A stretch of 64,000 nucleotides of DNA from Bdellovibrionota bacterium (GTDB lineage: Bacteria; Bdellovibrionota_C; UBA2361; CALJRW01). The notes below the pieces were generated by a model, which worked only from the letters and a program-made list of their open reading frames with translations, did no database searches and was not told the DNA's origin. The first letter of the stretch is position 1, and each line of letters starts with the position of its first letter. The DNA lies in contig JBGSMD010000030.1 in assembly GCA_041740355.1 (NCBI GenBank), positions 1 through 64,000 of the forward strand, in the 5' to 3' direction. The translations under genes and the position numbers were made by a program. Shown piece by piece: positions 27,785 through 38,196 of this stretch.

Positions 27785-28921
27785 TTATTTGATCATAAAA
27801 TTACAAGCTACTTTGTAATAGTCTGAGTTTAAGTCTACGCGACGAGATTTTATTCTACCATTGGCATCAGCCATCGAACTTAAATCGACATAGGTTAATT
27901 TATCGTAGTCTCTTACCACCATAATTCCAGTTTTGCCTTCTAGTAGGAATTTTACAGCACCAAAGCCTAAGAACTTTGTATACTCAATATCAAAAGACAC
28001 TGGATCGGCACATCGTAAAACGTAACCAATATTTTCTGGTTTGAATTTAATATTTAAACCTAGATCTAAGATGCGTTTTTCTAATCTTTTTGCTACTAAA
28101 TCTTCTAGATCAACTTCAGAGAAGCTTAATCGTCCAATGGCATCGCGGGGGGCATCCTTTAATTCATAAACCTTTTCGGGATCTAGTTGATCGATAATTC
28201 CTTCAGCTAAAATGACAGTTCCATGCGTATTTCCCGCTTGATGTCTCTTGAGAACGCAAGGCATTATGGCTTCGATGATGTCATCTAATCCAATGTTCTG
28301 TTCAAATTGTTCGGGAATTAATGTAACTGAAGCACCACATGAAATTCCTAAACCGAGAGCTAAAAAACCGGCATTTCTTCCCATCGTTTTAACAACAAAC
28401 CAACGATTAGTAGTCTTTGCTTCAGTTATGATTGTGTTCATCAATTGAGTACCAACATATCTAGCAGTCTCAAATCCAAAACAAGGATATTGATTCGGTA
28501 AAATCAAATCGTTGTCAATTGTTTTTGGAATGTGCACAACGCTAATACCGCAATTGCGTTGGGATAATTGGTAAGAAAGGAATGCTGTCCCTTCACCACC
28601 AATTAAAACCAATTTATCAATTTCTAATTCTTTTAAGGTATTAATCAGTTTTTGAGCAGACACTTCGTTTTCAAAAGGATTATGGCGCGAAGTACGTAAG
28701 ATCGATCCACCAGTATTTTGAATACTCACTACTCCCTTGGGCTTAAGTTCGATGGCTGTGCTAGATCCTTCTTTGATGATTCCCGACATCCCCTTTTCAA
28801 ATCCAAGCACTTGATAGCCACAATCATGGGCAGTAAAGACAACGGATGCTATTACTGCGTTAATTCCTGGAGCTGGTCCTCCAGATACAATTATTCCAAA
28901 TTTTCCATTTTTTTGTGTCAT
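27785..28921 (-). CDS. pfk: PfkA-family phosphofructokinase
   Basis: GGPAPG, GGS.L.TSR, GGEGT, PKTIDND, MGR.AG and GY..R motifs. Confidence 0.9.
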   Translation of the reverse strand: MTQKNGKFGIIVSGGPAPGINAVIASVVFTAHDCGYQVLGFEKGMSGIIKEGSSTAIELKPKGVVSIQNTGGSILRTSRHNPFENEVSAQKLINTLKELEIDKLVLIGGEGTAFLSYQLSQRNCGISVVHIPKTIDNDLILPNQYPCFGFETARYVGTQLMNTIITEAKTTNRWFVVKTMGRNAGFLALGLGISCGASVTLIPEQFEQNIGLDDIIEAIMPCVLKRHQAGNTHGTVILAEGIIDQLDPEKVYELKDAPRDAIGRLSFSEVDLEDLVAKRLEKRILDLGLNIKFKPENIGYVLRCADPVSFDIEYTKFLGFGAVKFLLEGKTGIMVVRDYDKLTYVDLSSMADANGRIKSRRVDLNSDYYKVACNFMIK

Positions 28922-29161
28922 AGCAATCTATAATGTATAATGATATTTATTTGCTGAATATTACTAAAAATAAATAATTAATTCTAGCCTACATAAAGTA
29001 AGCAAATGATTAGCTTAGTTCTCTTAATCTATCTCGGATTGTCTTAACTCGCCATGATTAGATCCACTAATTGCTTAAATCTTATATTAATAATAAAACA
29101 GAGTAAGGCTGATAGGAAAATCAATTATTGGCTGCCTAGCTCTCTGTAATTTTTCAAATCT

Positions 29162-29614
29162 ATGTTTTTTTCTAAAAAGCCAAAAAATGCTGAAGGAAAG
29201 CTGATTATCGGTGCAGTCGAATATATTTCTTTACCAGATTTAGGTATTAAGAAATTAAAAGCTAGGATTGATACGGGGGCGAAGATATCTGCCTTACATG
29301 CCGATAATATTAAATTGAAAAAAATAGATGGCAAAAGATTTGTCCATTTTGACATCATTGTAGGTGAGTGGGGAGCATTTACTTCGATTCCAGCCAAAGC
29401 ACCATTAAAGGATGTTAAAACTGTAGTCAGTTCCAATGGGCATTATACTAAGCGACCTGTGATTGTTACTCGAATTAAAGTTGGTAATTTAGTTTGGAAA
29501 ATTCATTTATCTTTAATTGACCGATCCGCAATGAGATACCGAATGCTACTTGGTAGATTATCAATCAAGAATCGTTTCGTTGTCGATGTCAGTGGCAGCC
29601 ATTTTCAATCCTAA
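29162..29614 (+). CDS. RimK-associated retropepsin-like protease (RimB type)
   Basis: IG..E, ARIDTGA..SALHA, SSNG...RP and LLGR; lies directly upstream of rimK. Confidence 0.88.
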   Translation: MFFSKKPKNAEGKLIIGAVEYISLPDLGIKKLKARIDTGAKISALHADNIKLKKIDGKRFVHFDIIVGEWGAFTSIPAKAPLKDVKTVVSSNGHYTKRPVIVTRIKVGNLVWKIHLSLIDRSAMRYRMLLGRLSIKNRFVVDVSGSHFQS

Positions 29615-29632
29615 ACTACAAGGAAATTTATT

Positions 29633-30505
29633 ATGAAATTAGCAATTCTATCCAGAAGTTCTGGAATCTATTCCACGAAAAGACTTTACGAAGCAGCAAT
29701 TGCTCGTGGTCATCAAGCTCACGTTGTTGATCACTTAGGATGCTATATTGGACTTTCTGGTGGCAATGCCGAAATTCATTATCAAGAGCAAATCTTACAA
29801 GATTTTGATGCAGTTATTCCTAGAATTGGAGCATCCAATACATTTTATGGAACAGCTGTACTTCGTCAATTTGAAGCTCAGGGTGTACATGCCTTAAATT
29901 CCTCTGCAGCAATTCTTGAAGCTCGGGATAAGCTGCATGCCCATCAAGTATTTGCTCGTCATGGAATTCCTATGCCGATTACTGGTTTTGCTCACTCCAC
30001 AAAAAGAACTCATGATTTGATTTCCATGGTTGGTGGAGCTCCATTAATTGTTAAGTTACTTTATGGAACTCAAGGTAATGGTGTAATTTTAGCTGAGACC
30101 AATAAAGCAGCCGAGAGTTTGATAAATGCTTTCCGTGGACTCGATGCCTACTTTCTAGTTCAACAATTTGTGGCCGAAGCTGGAAACGCTGATATTAGGT
30201 GTATTGTACTTGGTAATAATGTAATTGCCTCGATGCAAAGAAGGGCCAAAGAGGGGGAGTACCGAGCGAACTTACATCTTGGTGGTCATGCTGAATTAAT
30301 TAATATTACTGAAGAAGAGCGAGAAGTAGCGATCAAAGCGGCGCAAGCCTTAGGGATTCGTTGCGGAGGTGTTGATCTAATTCGTTCCAATCAGGGTCCA
30401 TTAGTTTTAGAAGTCAATTCTTCTCCAGGTCTTGGTGGGATTGAGAAGGTAACTAAGATGGATATCGCATCCAAGATTATTGAGTTTATGGAAAATGACA
30501 TGTAA
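29633..30505 (+). CDS. rimK: RimK alpha-L-glutamate ligase
   Basis: YSTKRL, IPRIGAS.TFYG, GTQG.GV, RANLH.GG and EVNSSPG motifs. Confidence 0.95.
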   Translation: MKLAILSRSSGIYSTKRLYEAAIARGHQAHVVDHLGCYIGLSGGNAEIHYQEQILQDFDAVIPRIGASNTFYGTAVLRQFEAQGVHALNSSAAILEARDKLHAHQVFARHGIPMPITGFAHSTKRTHDLISMVGGAPLIVKLLYGTQGNGVILAETNKAAESLINAFRGLDAYFLVQQFVAEAGNADIRCIVLGNNVIASMQRRAKEGEYRANLHLGGHAELINITEEEREVAIKAAQALGIRCGGVDLIRSNQGPLVLEVNSSPGLGGIEKVTKMDIASKIIEFMENDM

Positions 30506-30574
30506 GCTTCTAGTCGTAAGGAAGTTAGATTAAAATAGCTAGGGGAAATGATAATGCGAGCTCTTCGCAGACAT

Positions 30575-31222
30575 TTACTTTCTAAAATTTCCCAAATAAC
30601 TCTCCCATTCGTGAGCTTTGATTGGATTTTTAAGACTATTATTAATAATTGTAGTGTCTAAAAATTCTAATTTTTGAAATTCTTTTTGGTCAGTCCAAAC
30701 TGATTTAATAGTAAGCCAAGGCCTTAGTAAATAATTATTATAAGCTTCTGTTAAGTTGTTTAGGCTTCGCGCCAGGTAATCGGATTGATTGGTAAATGAA
30801 AAAACCTGAAGATCTTTGGGCCAAAAATAATTTGCAGCCCCAAAAGTAAAGACTTTAATTTGATTAAGTGAAATATTTTCATTTTGTAATTTTGCTAAAA
30901 CATTGCGAAGAATGATGCTTCCTTGACTATGTGCAAAAATCTTAATCACCTGTTTCGCTTTTAAATCTTTTCGAAGTTCTAACTCTAGCAAACTACTAGC
31001 TTGATATTCCAAATCTCGCCCTATTTGATTACTAAACAATCCGTTAATCGAGTAATACAGATCCTGGAAAATGCCATTACTAGGATTAAAACTAGATTTT
31101 ATGGGCGCTTTGATAATCTGATTTAACCCTGTTTGGGCAAATTGATATTCGTGGGGTGAGACATTAATGCCATTAATTAGATAGACTTTAGAGGAGTTAC
31201 TTAGATTGCTAATCGTATTCAT
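30575..31222 (-). CDS. Alpha/beta-hydrolase-fold protein
   Basis: INGI, AHSQG nucleophile elbow, TFGAA, N..D and a C-terminal H..Y. Confidence 0.7.
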   Translation of the reverse strand: MNTISNLSNSSKVYLINGINVSPHEYQFAQTGLNQIIKAPIKSSFNPSNGIFQDLYYSINGLFSNQIGRDLEYQASSLLELELRKDLKAKQVIKIFAHSQGSIILRNVLAKLQNENISLNQIKVFTFGAANYFWPKDLQVFSFTNQSDYLARSLNNLTEAYNNYLLRPWLTIKSVWTDQKEFQKLEFLDTTIINNSLKNPIKAHEWESYLGNFRK

Positions 31223-31474
31223 CTTTTTATATCGAGCAATTAGTTGCTAAGTTGCTTTTTATGATTCAGGTTACAAAAAAAATTGACCGTTTGTTATCAC
31301 ACTGTAAAATCTCTTTGTGCAAATCTTCTTAATTACTCAACTTGATGTCGTTGTAGGAGTGAGTAAATTACAGGTTGGTAATTAACTTTGAGGGAAGTAA
31401 TGGTAAAATTGAAATTATTCAGGATGCTATTATGAATTCTATTTACTTTATTTTGTTCAGAGTAAATTATTAAA

Positions 31475-31621
31475 TATAGAAAGTCCAAAAAGTAATTTAC
31501 GTAAGGAAACTACTTTTTGGGGCTTTCTATCCCCCGGAGGGACAGTAAAATCATATAGCTATTACAAAAAACAAGCTGCGCTATTTTATTTATACGTAAT
31601 TTATTTTTTGGAATAACTATA
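31475..31621. repeat. MITE-like family A, copy 2
   Basis: TATAGAAAGTCCAAAAAGTAATTTAC...TATCCCCCGGAGGGA...GTAATTTATTTTTTGGAATAACTATA. Confidence 0.9.
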
Positions 31622-31665
31622 TAACCATTTTCCGATAATAATAATTTGTAGTAATCTAACTCGGT

Positions 31666-32007
31666 ATGAATAGCCTCTTTCAAAAAATTATTAACCGTGA
31701 AATTCCCGCAAGTATTGTTTTTGAAAATGATCGAATAATTGCGATTAGGGATATCAATCCGCAAGCTCCAACACATCTATTAATTATTCCTAAAAAATTA
31801 ATAGTTAATTTACTAGATGCTCAGCAAGAAGATCAACAGATTCTTGGAGAACTTCTTTTAGCATCTAAGGAAATTGCTACGACCTTAGGTATTCAAGCCG
31901 ATGGTTATCGGATAGTAATTAATAATGGAAAAGATGCCGGTCAAGAAGTTCCTCATATGCACCTACACTTATTGGCAGGCAGAAAGTTAGCTTGGCCACC
32001 GGGATAG
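31666..32007 (+). CDS. hinT: HIT (histidine triad) nucleotide-binding protein
   Basis: DINPQAPTH, GQEVPHMHLH and WPPG. Confidence 0.95.
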   Translation: MNSLFQKIINREIPASIVFENDRIIAIRDINPQAPTHLLIIPKKLIVNLLDAQQEDQQILGELLLASKEIATTLGIQADGYRIVINNGKDAGQEVPHMHLHLLAGRKLAWPPG

Positions 32008-32051
32008 GTTTAGCAGTCTAGAATTACGAATTAAAGTTAGGAGAATAAATC

Positions 32052-33224
32052 ATGTCAATGAAATGGGAAGATGGCTTTGCCTTAGAGTTAACAGAAGATG
32101 AACGCATGGTACAGCAAATTGCGCGTGACTTTGCGACCAAAGAACTAAAGCCAATCGCAGCAAAGATGGACCTAGAGCATCAATTTGAGATGAGTTTAAT
32201 TTCGAAGTTAGCCGATCTTGGTTTCTTAGGAATTTGCACACCGGAAGAATTTGGAGGAGCAGGTCTTTCTCAAGTTTCCTATGCCTTAATTGGAGAAGAA
32301 ATCGCTACGGGCTGTGCTTCAACTTGCGTAATTATTAGTGCTCATAATTCTCTGTGCATTTGGCCGATTTTAGAATATGCCACAGAAGAACAAAAATTAA
32401 AGTTTCTACCCGACTTAGCTACTGGTAAAAAGATTGGTTGTTTTGCGCTTTCTGAACCAGGGACTGGTAGTGACGCTTCTAATTTGCAATGTACGGCCAC
32501 AAAAAATGGCACTGAGTATCTTATTAATGGAACTAAGAACTGGATAACTAATTCACCAATTGCCGGAACATGTGTTTTACTAGCAATGCAAGATGCTTCT
32601 CAAAAGCATCGTGGCGTCAGCGCCTTTGTTCATCCGATGGATCTACCAGGAATAACAATTGGAAAAAAAGAAGAGAAGCTAGGGATCGCCGCTTCACCAA
32701 CAGCTAGCATTCATTATGATAATGTACTTTTAACAAAAGAACATCTACTTGGAAATGAAGGCGATGGATTCAAAATTGCTATGGCAACATTAAATGGTGG
32801 AAGAATTGGGATAGGAGCACAGGCTGTTGGTATCGCACGAAGTGCCTTGAGAGCAGCAATTGAATATGGAACACAAAGAAAAACTTTTGGTAAGGCAATT
32901 GTAGAGCACCAAAGTATTCAAAATTACTTAGCAGAAATGATTTGTCAGTTAGATGCTGCTAGATACTTAACGCTTGCTGCTGCTAGATTAAAAGAACAAG
33001 GTAAAAATTACTCTCGGGAAGCAGCAATGGCTAAACTCTTTGCTTCTGAAATGGCATCTTATGTTTGCAACAAAGCCTTACAAATTCATGGTGGTTATGG
33101 ATATGTAAAAGAGTATCCAGCTGAACGGCATTTGCGCGATGCAAAGATTACAGAAATTTATGAAGGTACTAGTGAAATTCAGAAATTAGTTATTGCTAGC
33201 CAGTTACTTAAAGATTCTAATTAG
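32052..33224 (+). CDS. Acyl-CoA dehydrogenase (short-chain type)
   Basis: FALSEPGTGSDA, KNWITN, GGRIGI, IHGGYGY and EIYEGTSEIQ. Confidence 0.95.
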   Translation: MSMKWEDGFALELTEDERMVQQIARDFATKELKPIAAKMDLEHQFEMSLISKLADLGFLGICTPEEFGGAGLSQVSYALIGEEIATGCASTCVIISAHNSLCIWPILEYATEEQKLKFLPDLATGKKIGCFALSEPGTGSDASNLQCTATKNGTEYLINGTKNWITNSPIAGTCVLLAMQDASQKHRGVSAFVHPMDLPGITIGKKEEKLGIAASPTASIHYDNVLLTKEHLLGNEGDGFKIAMATLNGGRIGIGAQAVGIARSALRAAIEYGTQRKTFGKAIVEHQSIQNYLAEMICQLDAARYLTLAAARLKEQGKNYSREAAMAKLFASEMASYVCNKALQIHGGYGYVKEYPAERHLRDAKITEIYEGTSEIQKLVIASQLLKDSN

Positions 33225-33227
33225 ACT

Positions 33228-33593
33228 ATGAAGATTTTTATTAATAATTTTAGACAAGAAGTTAGAATCGGTGTGACAAAAGAAGAGCGCGCATTTCCTC
33301 AGATAATTGCCTTAGATATACAAATTACGGGAAGTTTCAAGGAAGCAATATTGAGTGATGATTTAAGTCAAACCATGGACTACACAGAAGTCTGTCGAGA
33401 GATCACTAAGTATTTAGAGTCGCGGGAATGGCAGTTGATGGAAAAATTTGTTTATGAATTGGCGGCCTTCATCGCAAGTTTAAATCAATTAATTCTAACT
33501 GTGGAACTAAAAGCTTGTAAAAATGTGATGACCCAAGTAGATTCTATTTCGGTTTCTTATTGTTTTGATAAAAATGAAGCTTACCAAGTTTAA
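33228..33593 (+). CDS. folB: Dihydroneopterin aldolase
   Basis: IGV..EE...Q, SDDL..T.DY, L.E and the catalytic K region. Confidence 0.85.
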   Translation: MKIFINNFRQEVRIGVTKEERAFPQIIALDIQITGSFKEAILSDDLSQTMDYTEVCREITKYLESREWQLMEKFVYELAAFIASLNQLILTVELKACKNVMTQVDSISVSYCFDKNEAYQV

Positions 33594-33882
33594 TGTATTT
33601 TTAATATCTGTGATTATTGGTGGGGCACTGGCTTTTGTTGGGTATGCTCAATACCAAAATCAGAAAAATCACTTACAACTCCCGAAACTTGCTGAGCGTA
33701 TTAAGAAAGAGCATAATACACCAACTGGGCAGCTAATTTTTGCATTGCATAGCAGTTATAATATAGAAACTGTCGCTAAGGATCCTGAAAAAGTTAAAGA
33801 ATTACTTCGGGTAAAAGAAGAGCTAAGTGTGAATGATGAATCAGCACTGAGTCAACTAATTGAAAAGGTAACTACTAAATGA
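33574..33882 (+). CDS. Small membrane-anchored hypothetical protein
   Basis: N-terminal hydrophobic helix; sits in an overlapping gene chain. Confidence 0.65.
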   Translation: MKLTKFNVFLISVIIGGALAFVGYAQYQNQKNHLQLPKLAERIKKEHNTPTGQLIFALHSSYNIETVAKDPEKVKELLRVKEELSVNDESALSQLIEKVTTK

Positions 33883-34307
33883 GATATGTTTCGCTAATCT
33901 TGATCTTTTGTTTATCAGGTTGTTTTTTGACTCCGCTAATTGATTCTTTTCAAAAATCTGGGCTAAATGAAGCAGCTAGAAAAGATTTGTTTCCCAAGAA
34001 ATTTAAAGCTTTTTACAATGAAGTGGTTGCAGAGCGATTTCTAAATTTTGAAGAATATTTAGTAGAAGAGCAGCAATTTGAATTAGTCCAACAATTAAGA
34101 GCAAGCCGTAAAATTGAAAAGATTGTTAGTGGTAAATTAGATTATGTCGATTTCAGTCCTGATGCCAAGGTGGCTCAGGCGGAAGTCCTGGTCGAATATT
34201 ACAAGATTCCAGCATACATTGTATCGGAACGAATTGAACGTCAAGTTTGGGTTTTTACAGGACCTAATTCAGGTTGGCAATTGAAATCTATTGAGACTGG
34301 GGAGTGA
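33879..34307 (+). CDS. Hypothetical lipoprotein
   Basis: Lipobox LSGC; ATGA overlap with the upstream gene. Confidence 0.7.
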   Translation: MRYVSLILIFCLSGCFLTPLIDSFQKSGLNEAARKDLFPKKFKAFYNEVVAERFLNFEEYLVEEQQFELVQQLRASRKIEKIVSGKLDYVDFSPDAKVAQAEVLVEYYKIPAYIVSERIERQVWVFTGPNSGWQLKSIETGE

Positions 34308-35035
34308 TTGCTAAATCAATTCTCAAGATTTTTTGGTTAGTTGTTTTTACTTCCTTCTTAGGATGTTCTGTGAAGCACACCAAAATTCTGACTCCTAAAC
34401 AAGTATTAGCAAATCCTTATACGCTAGAGGTCGTGGAAGAGTTGTATGATGGAGAAACATTATTTTTACAAGTAGAACTTAAGGAATTAACTACTTTGCC
34501 TGATAAGTTAACCTTAATTTCACTTGCTGGATTTAATGATCAACAAGATAAAAAAGAAAAGTTTTTCAATTTACAAGATCTCCAAACTGATTCCAAAAAC
34601 CAAATTACCCTAGCTATACCAGTTAAAAATTTAGTGGAATATCAGATTCAATTATTTTGGGGGAAACAAGCTTGGAGTTTTTACACTCAAATCTATCCAC
34701 TGTTAGCTTCAAATTTAGATATTATTAATGGGGAAGTCGAAAAGCTTCGTGAATGCCAGCTGGAGGACTGTCAAATCAAATTTAAAATTAAATTTGATTT
34801 ATTAAATAAAAATGAAATTACTGTACCAAAAATTAATCTCACTCTTTCTTTATTAGAAAACACGGAAGTAGATGGCTTAATTATTCCCAATGAATTGTTT
34901 TCTAAAAATATTCCAATTAACGATTTAAATTTAGCCGCTGACGAAGTACGACAGCTTGAATACATCATTGCTCAACCCAAAGAATTAAATGAATTAAATA
35001 CTCTGGCCGAAGTTAGTATTTCAGAAAAGCTCTAA
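34304..35035 (+). CDS. Hypothetical lipoprotein
   Basis: Lipobox FLGC; GTGA overlap with the upstream gene. Confidence 0.7.
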   Translation: MIAKSILKIFWLVVFTSFLGCSVKHTKILTPKQVLANPYTLEVVEELYDGETLFLQVELKELTTLPDKLTLISLAGFNDQQDKKEKFFNLQDLQTDSKNQITLAIPVKNLVEYQIQLFWGKQAWSFYTQIYPLLASNLDIINGEVEKLRECQLEDCQIKFKIKFDLLNKNEITVPKINLTLSLLENTEVDGLIIPNELFSKNIPINDLNLAADEVRQLEYIIAQPKELNELNTLAEVSISEKL

Positions 35036-35112
35036 GAATTGCAATCTGAACTGCTAATTGCCCTTTTGAGCTAGTTCGACTTGATTAATTAACGAATTTT
35101 AGCGAATATCCT

Positions 35113-36477
35113 TTGGTGGAAAACTTAGTTCAAATCAAATCAAAAGCGATCAAAGATCTTGGCAAAAAGTCTTTATTTATTAAGACTTTTGGATGTCAGA
35201 TGAATATGTATGATTCCGATAAATTGGAAAAAATTTTAGAAGATGGCTATCAAGCTGTGGCACAGGCCTCTGAAGCTGATTTAATTTTAGTAAATACATG
35301 CAGTGTCCGAGAGAAACCAGAACAAAAACTTTACAGTTTACTTGGTGAGTATCGTGCCTTAAAAAAACTCAATCCTAATTTATTAATTGGTGTTGGTGGG
35401 TGTGTTGCTCAACAAGAGGGACAGAAAATTGTAAAACGCAACAAGGATGTTGATTTTGTTTTTGGCACGCATAATCTTTCAATGGTTCCCGCACTAATTG
35501 AGCTCCGTCAAAATGGTTCTAAGCCACAAGTTGCTGTTGATTATCGTGATGAGTGGGAAGATTTACCACTAGGACTAAGTGATAAAAGCCGAGTATCGGT
35601 CTTTGTTTCAATTTCTAGAGGTTGTAATAAAAATTGTACTTACTGCATTGTTCCTACTACTCGTGGAAAAGAAGTTTCTCGTGATGCTAATGAAATTATT
35701 CGTGAAATCAAAATTGCAGTACACCGGGGGGCCAAAGAAGTCGTTCTACTTGGGCAGACGGTTAATTCTTATGGATTAGATTTAAATCCTAGGATGAAGT
35801 TTGTGCAACTACTAGAAAAAGTTTCTGAGATCGAAGGCCTAGAGAGAATTCGTTTTACTAGTCCACACCCGCAAGAAATTCGCCCAGATTTTTATGATTT
35901 AGTAGCTGATAATCCTAAAGTTTGTCGTCATATTCATATGCCACTCCAGTCAGGAAATGATCGAATTCTACGTTTAATGAATCGCAACTATCGTCGCCAA
36001 AGATATTTAGATATTATTAATGGTTTGAAGGCGAGGGTTCCAGATATCGCCATTACAACTGATATTATTGTTGGTTTCCCTGGTGAAACAGAAGAGGAAT
36101 TCCAAGACACTTTAGATCTGATGAAGACCTTAGAATTCGATGGTAGTTATTCCTATATGTTTTCTCCCAGACCCGGCACTAAAGCTGAGTTAATGCCGGA
36201 GTCCTTAGATGCTGCTGGTAAACTTGATCGACTACAAAGACTACAAGCGATTCAAGCTGAAATTACTGAACGTCGATTGCAATCTTGGATTGGAAAGCAA
36301 GTCGAAGTTCTAATCGATGGTCCTAGTAGTTTTGATGGGACAAAAATGCAAGGAAGAACATCACAAAATATGATAGTAAACTTGGAATTAAATTATCCGG
36401 AATTAGAGCCTGGGCATACAGTCAATGTGATTGTTAATGCTGCAAGTAAATATACACTCAAGGGTTCAATTATTTAA
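35113..36477 (+). CDS. miaB: tRNA ms2i6A37 methylthiotransferase
   Basis: TFGCQMN, NTCSVRE, GCVAQ, CNKNCTYC, TSPHP, QSG and a C-terminal TRAM domain. Confidence 0.95.
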   Translation: MVENLVQIKSKAIKDLGKKSLFIKTFGCQMNMYDSDKLEKILEDGYQAVAQASEADLILVNTCSVREKPEQKLYSLLGEYRALKKLNPNLLIGVGGCVAQQEGQKIVKRNKDVDFVFGTHNLSMVPALIELRQNGSKPQVAVDYRDEWEDLPLGLSDKSRVSVFVSISRGCNKNCTYCIVPTTRGKEVSRDANEIIREIKIAVHRGAKEVVLLGQTVNSYGLDLNPRMKFVQLLEKVSEIEGLERIRFTSPHPQEIRPDFYDLVADNPKVCRHIHMPLQSGNDRILRLMNRNYRRQRYLDIINGLKARVPDIAITTDIIVGFPGETEEEFQDTLDLMKTLEFDGSYSYMFSPRPGTKAELMPESLDAAGKLDRLQRLQAIQAEITERRLQSWIGKQVEVLIDGPSSFDGTKMQGRTSQNMIVNLELNYPELEPGHTVNVIVNAASKYTLKGSII

Positions 36478-36540
36478 ACCCTCTGCAAATTAAATTTTGG
36501 TAGGGTTTTATATTGTTCTCTACGGCAAAACCTGTCTTCC
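36476..36540 (+). repeat. Family C, internally deleted copy 3
   Basis: AAACCCTCTGCAAATTAAATTT...TAGGGTTT joined directly to CTACGGCAAAACCTGTCTTCC. Begins at the miaB stop codon. Confidence 0.7.
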
Positions 36541-36719
36541 TCTAAGCGGACTCTTTTTGTATTACCATTATTTAGTTAAGGTTTTAAAAAATTCCTTAAA
36601 TTAAATATTTGGAGGTAAGCAATTTTATCTTGTTATGGCTCTGATTTTACTTGGGATATAGTCATAATAGTCAGTTGAAACACTAGACACTATTAGTTAA
36701 GCTATGATAAATTAAAATT

Positions 36720-37301
36720 ATGTCTAATACTAAAACTAAAAGTTCTGTTACTGAAATGATGGTTGCGGGGATCCTGTTAGATCCTGCCACTCAAGCTCCA
36801 GTTGTTGTTTTGCAGACCATGGATGGTACTTTTCAATTACCAATTTGGATCGGCATGGCGGAAGCCACAGCGATTGCTGCTAGTTTAAAAAAATTAGAGC
36901 TTAATCGGCCATTAACTCAAGACTTATTGATTAGTATTTTAGACCATTTAGATGTCGCTGTGGAACAAGTTTTAATCACAGCGCTCAAAGATTCCACTTA
37001 TTATTCTGAGTTAGTGCTTTCTGCTGGAGAAAAAGCAATTGTTTTAGATTGTCGTCCAAGTGATGCCTTAGCAATTGCTCTAAGAACTAATGCTTTAATT
37101 TATGTGAATAATCAGGTCTTAGAAGAAGCGAAGAAAGATTCTGCAATTGAAAAGCTAAAAACCGGAAGTATGAAGCAAATGGTAGAAGGTGAGGAGTCTG
37201 AGGAAGATAATAAGATTCAAGATCTACAATATGTGGATAAATCTAAATGGGCGGATATTCTCAAACAATTAAATATAGAAGATTTTAAATATAAAGCATG
37301 A
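36720..37301 (+). CDS. Bifunctional nuclease family (DUF151)
   Basis: LPIWIG.AEA.AI, RPLT.DL and DCRPSDA.A.A. Commonly found next to miaB. Confidence 0.9.
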   Translation: MSNTKTKSSVTEMMVAGILLDPATQAPVVVLQTMDGTFQLPIWIGMAEATAIAASLKKLELNRPLTQDLLISILDHLDVAVEQVLITALKDSTYYSELVLSAGEKAIVLDCRPSDALAIALRTNALIYVNNQVLEEAKKDSAIEKLKTGSMKQMVEGEESEEDNKIQDLQYVDKSKWADILKQLNIEDFKYKA

Positions 37302-38026
37302 ATACAACAAAAGCACCTACTGCACCAACTAAAGCTGATCAAGTTAACATTGATAAGTTAGTTAAAGAATTTGGCGCAGCGGAAGATCCAATCGCTAGTT
37401 TTTTTAAAGCTAACCAGAAGTCTTTAACCTATATCCTATTAGCGGTAGTGGTTTCTGCTTTAAGTTTTAACTTTTATCAAAGTGCACATCAACGTGGCCA
37501 GTTGGAGTCAGCAGGACAATTTTCAGTTGTGCGCAGTAACTATGAAGTGTTAGCAGGTCAAGCTGAGGGAAAATCCCTGGAGCTCGCTCAGTTGGAAAAA
37601 GCAAAATTAAGTTTTGAAGGCTCACTTAAAACTTTGGAAGCTCAAAAATACCCTTACGATTTACTAGGTAAGAATTATCAAGTCTTAGCTGAAGTTGCCT
37701 CTGGGAATTTGCCAGTAACTGATCTTAGAAAAAAACTAGAAGAGCTGGAGTGGACTAAAAGTAAGAATAGCCCAACTGCCCTTTGGAAAGAACTTTTAGC
37801 TGTAAACTTAGCTAAGGCTTTATTAACTGATGAAACTCAACAAGATTATGCCTTAACTCAGTTGAAAAGTTTAGCTCAAGAATCCGAGTTTGTTAGGGTA
37901 TTATCTTTACTTGCTTGGAGGAGTTATGCTGAAACTAAACAGGATTCAATTGAATTAGCAGCAGTTGCTAGCGCAATCTCTAGCTTTACCAGTGCCAATC
38001 CAGAGCAGACTGATTTACTAAAATAA
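37298..38026 (+). CDS. Single-pass membrane helical protein (YfgM-like)
   Basis: FFKAN.K followed by a TM helix and an alpha-helical exported region. Confidence 0.5.
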   Translation: MNTTKAPTAPTKADQVNIDKLVKEFGAAEDPIASFFKANQKSLTYILLAVVVSALSFNFYQSAHQRGQLESAGQFSVVRSNYEVLAGQAEGKSLELAQLEKAKLSFEGSLKTLEAQKYPYDLLGKNYQVLAEVASGNLPVTDLRKKLEELEWTKSKNSPTALWKELLAVNLAKALLTDETQQDYALTQLKSLAQESEFVRVLSLLAWRSYAETKQDSIELAAVASAISSFTSANPEQTDLLK

Positions 38027-38196
38027 GAGTTAGTTTATCAAGTATGTAGTGCTTAAGCGACCTAGGGGTGCCTTATGTATTTCCTTTATTTTATAAGGGC
38101 AATACTGGGGATGACAAATATACTAAAAACCGCATCAAACTCAAAATGCATGTTTCCAAGCAATCAGTTCAATTCTTAATAGGTTTTAGTATATTA

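Noticed and set aside
29162-30505. rimB-like protease plus rimK as a novel system
   Set aside because: This is a well-known pairing.
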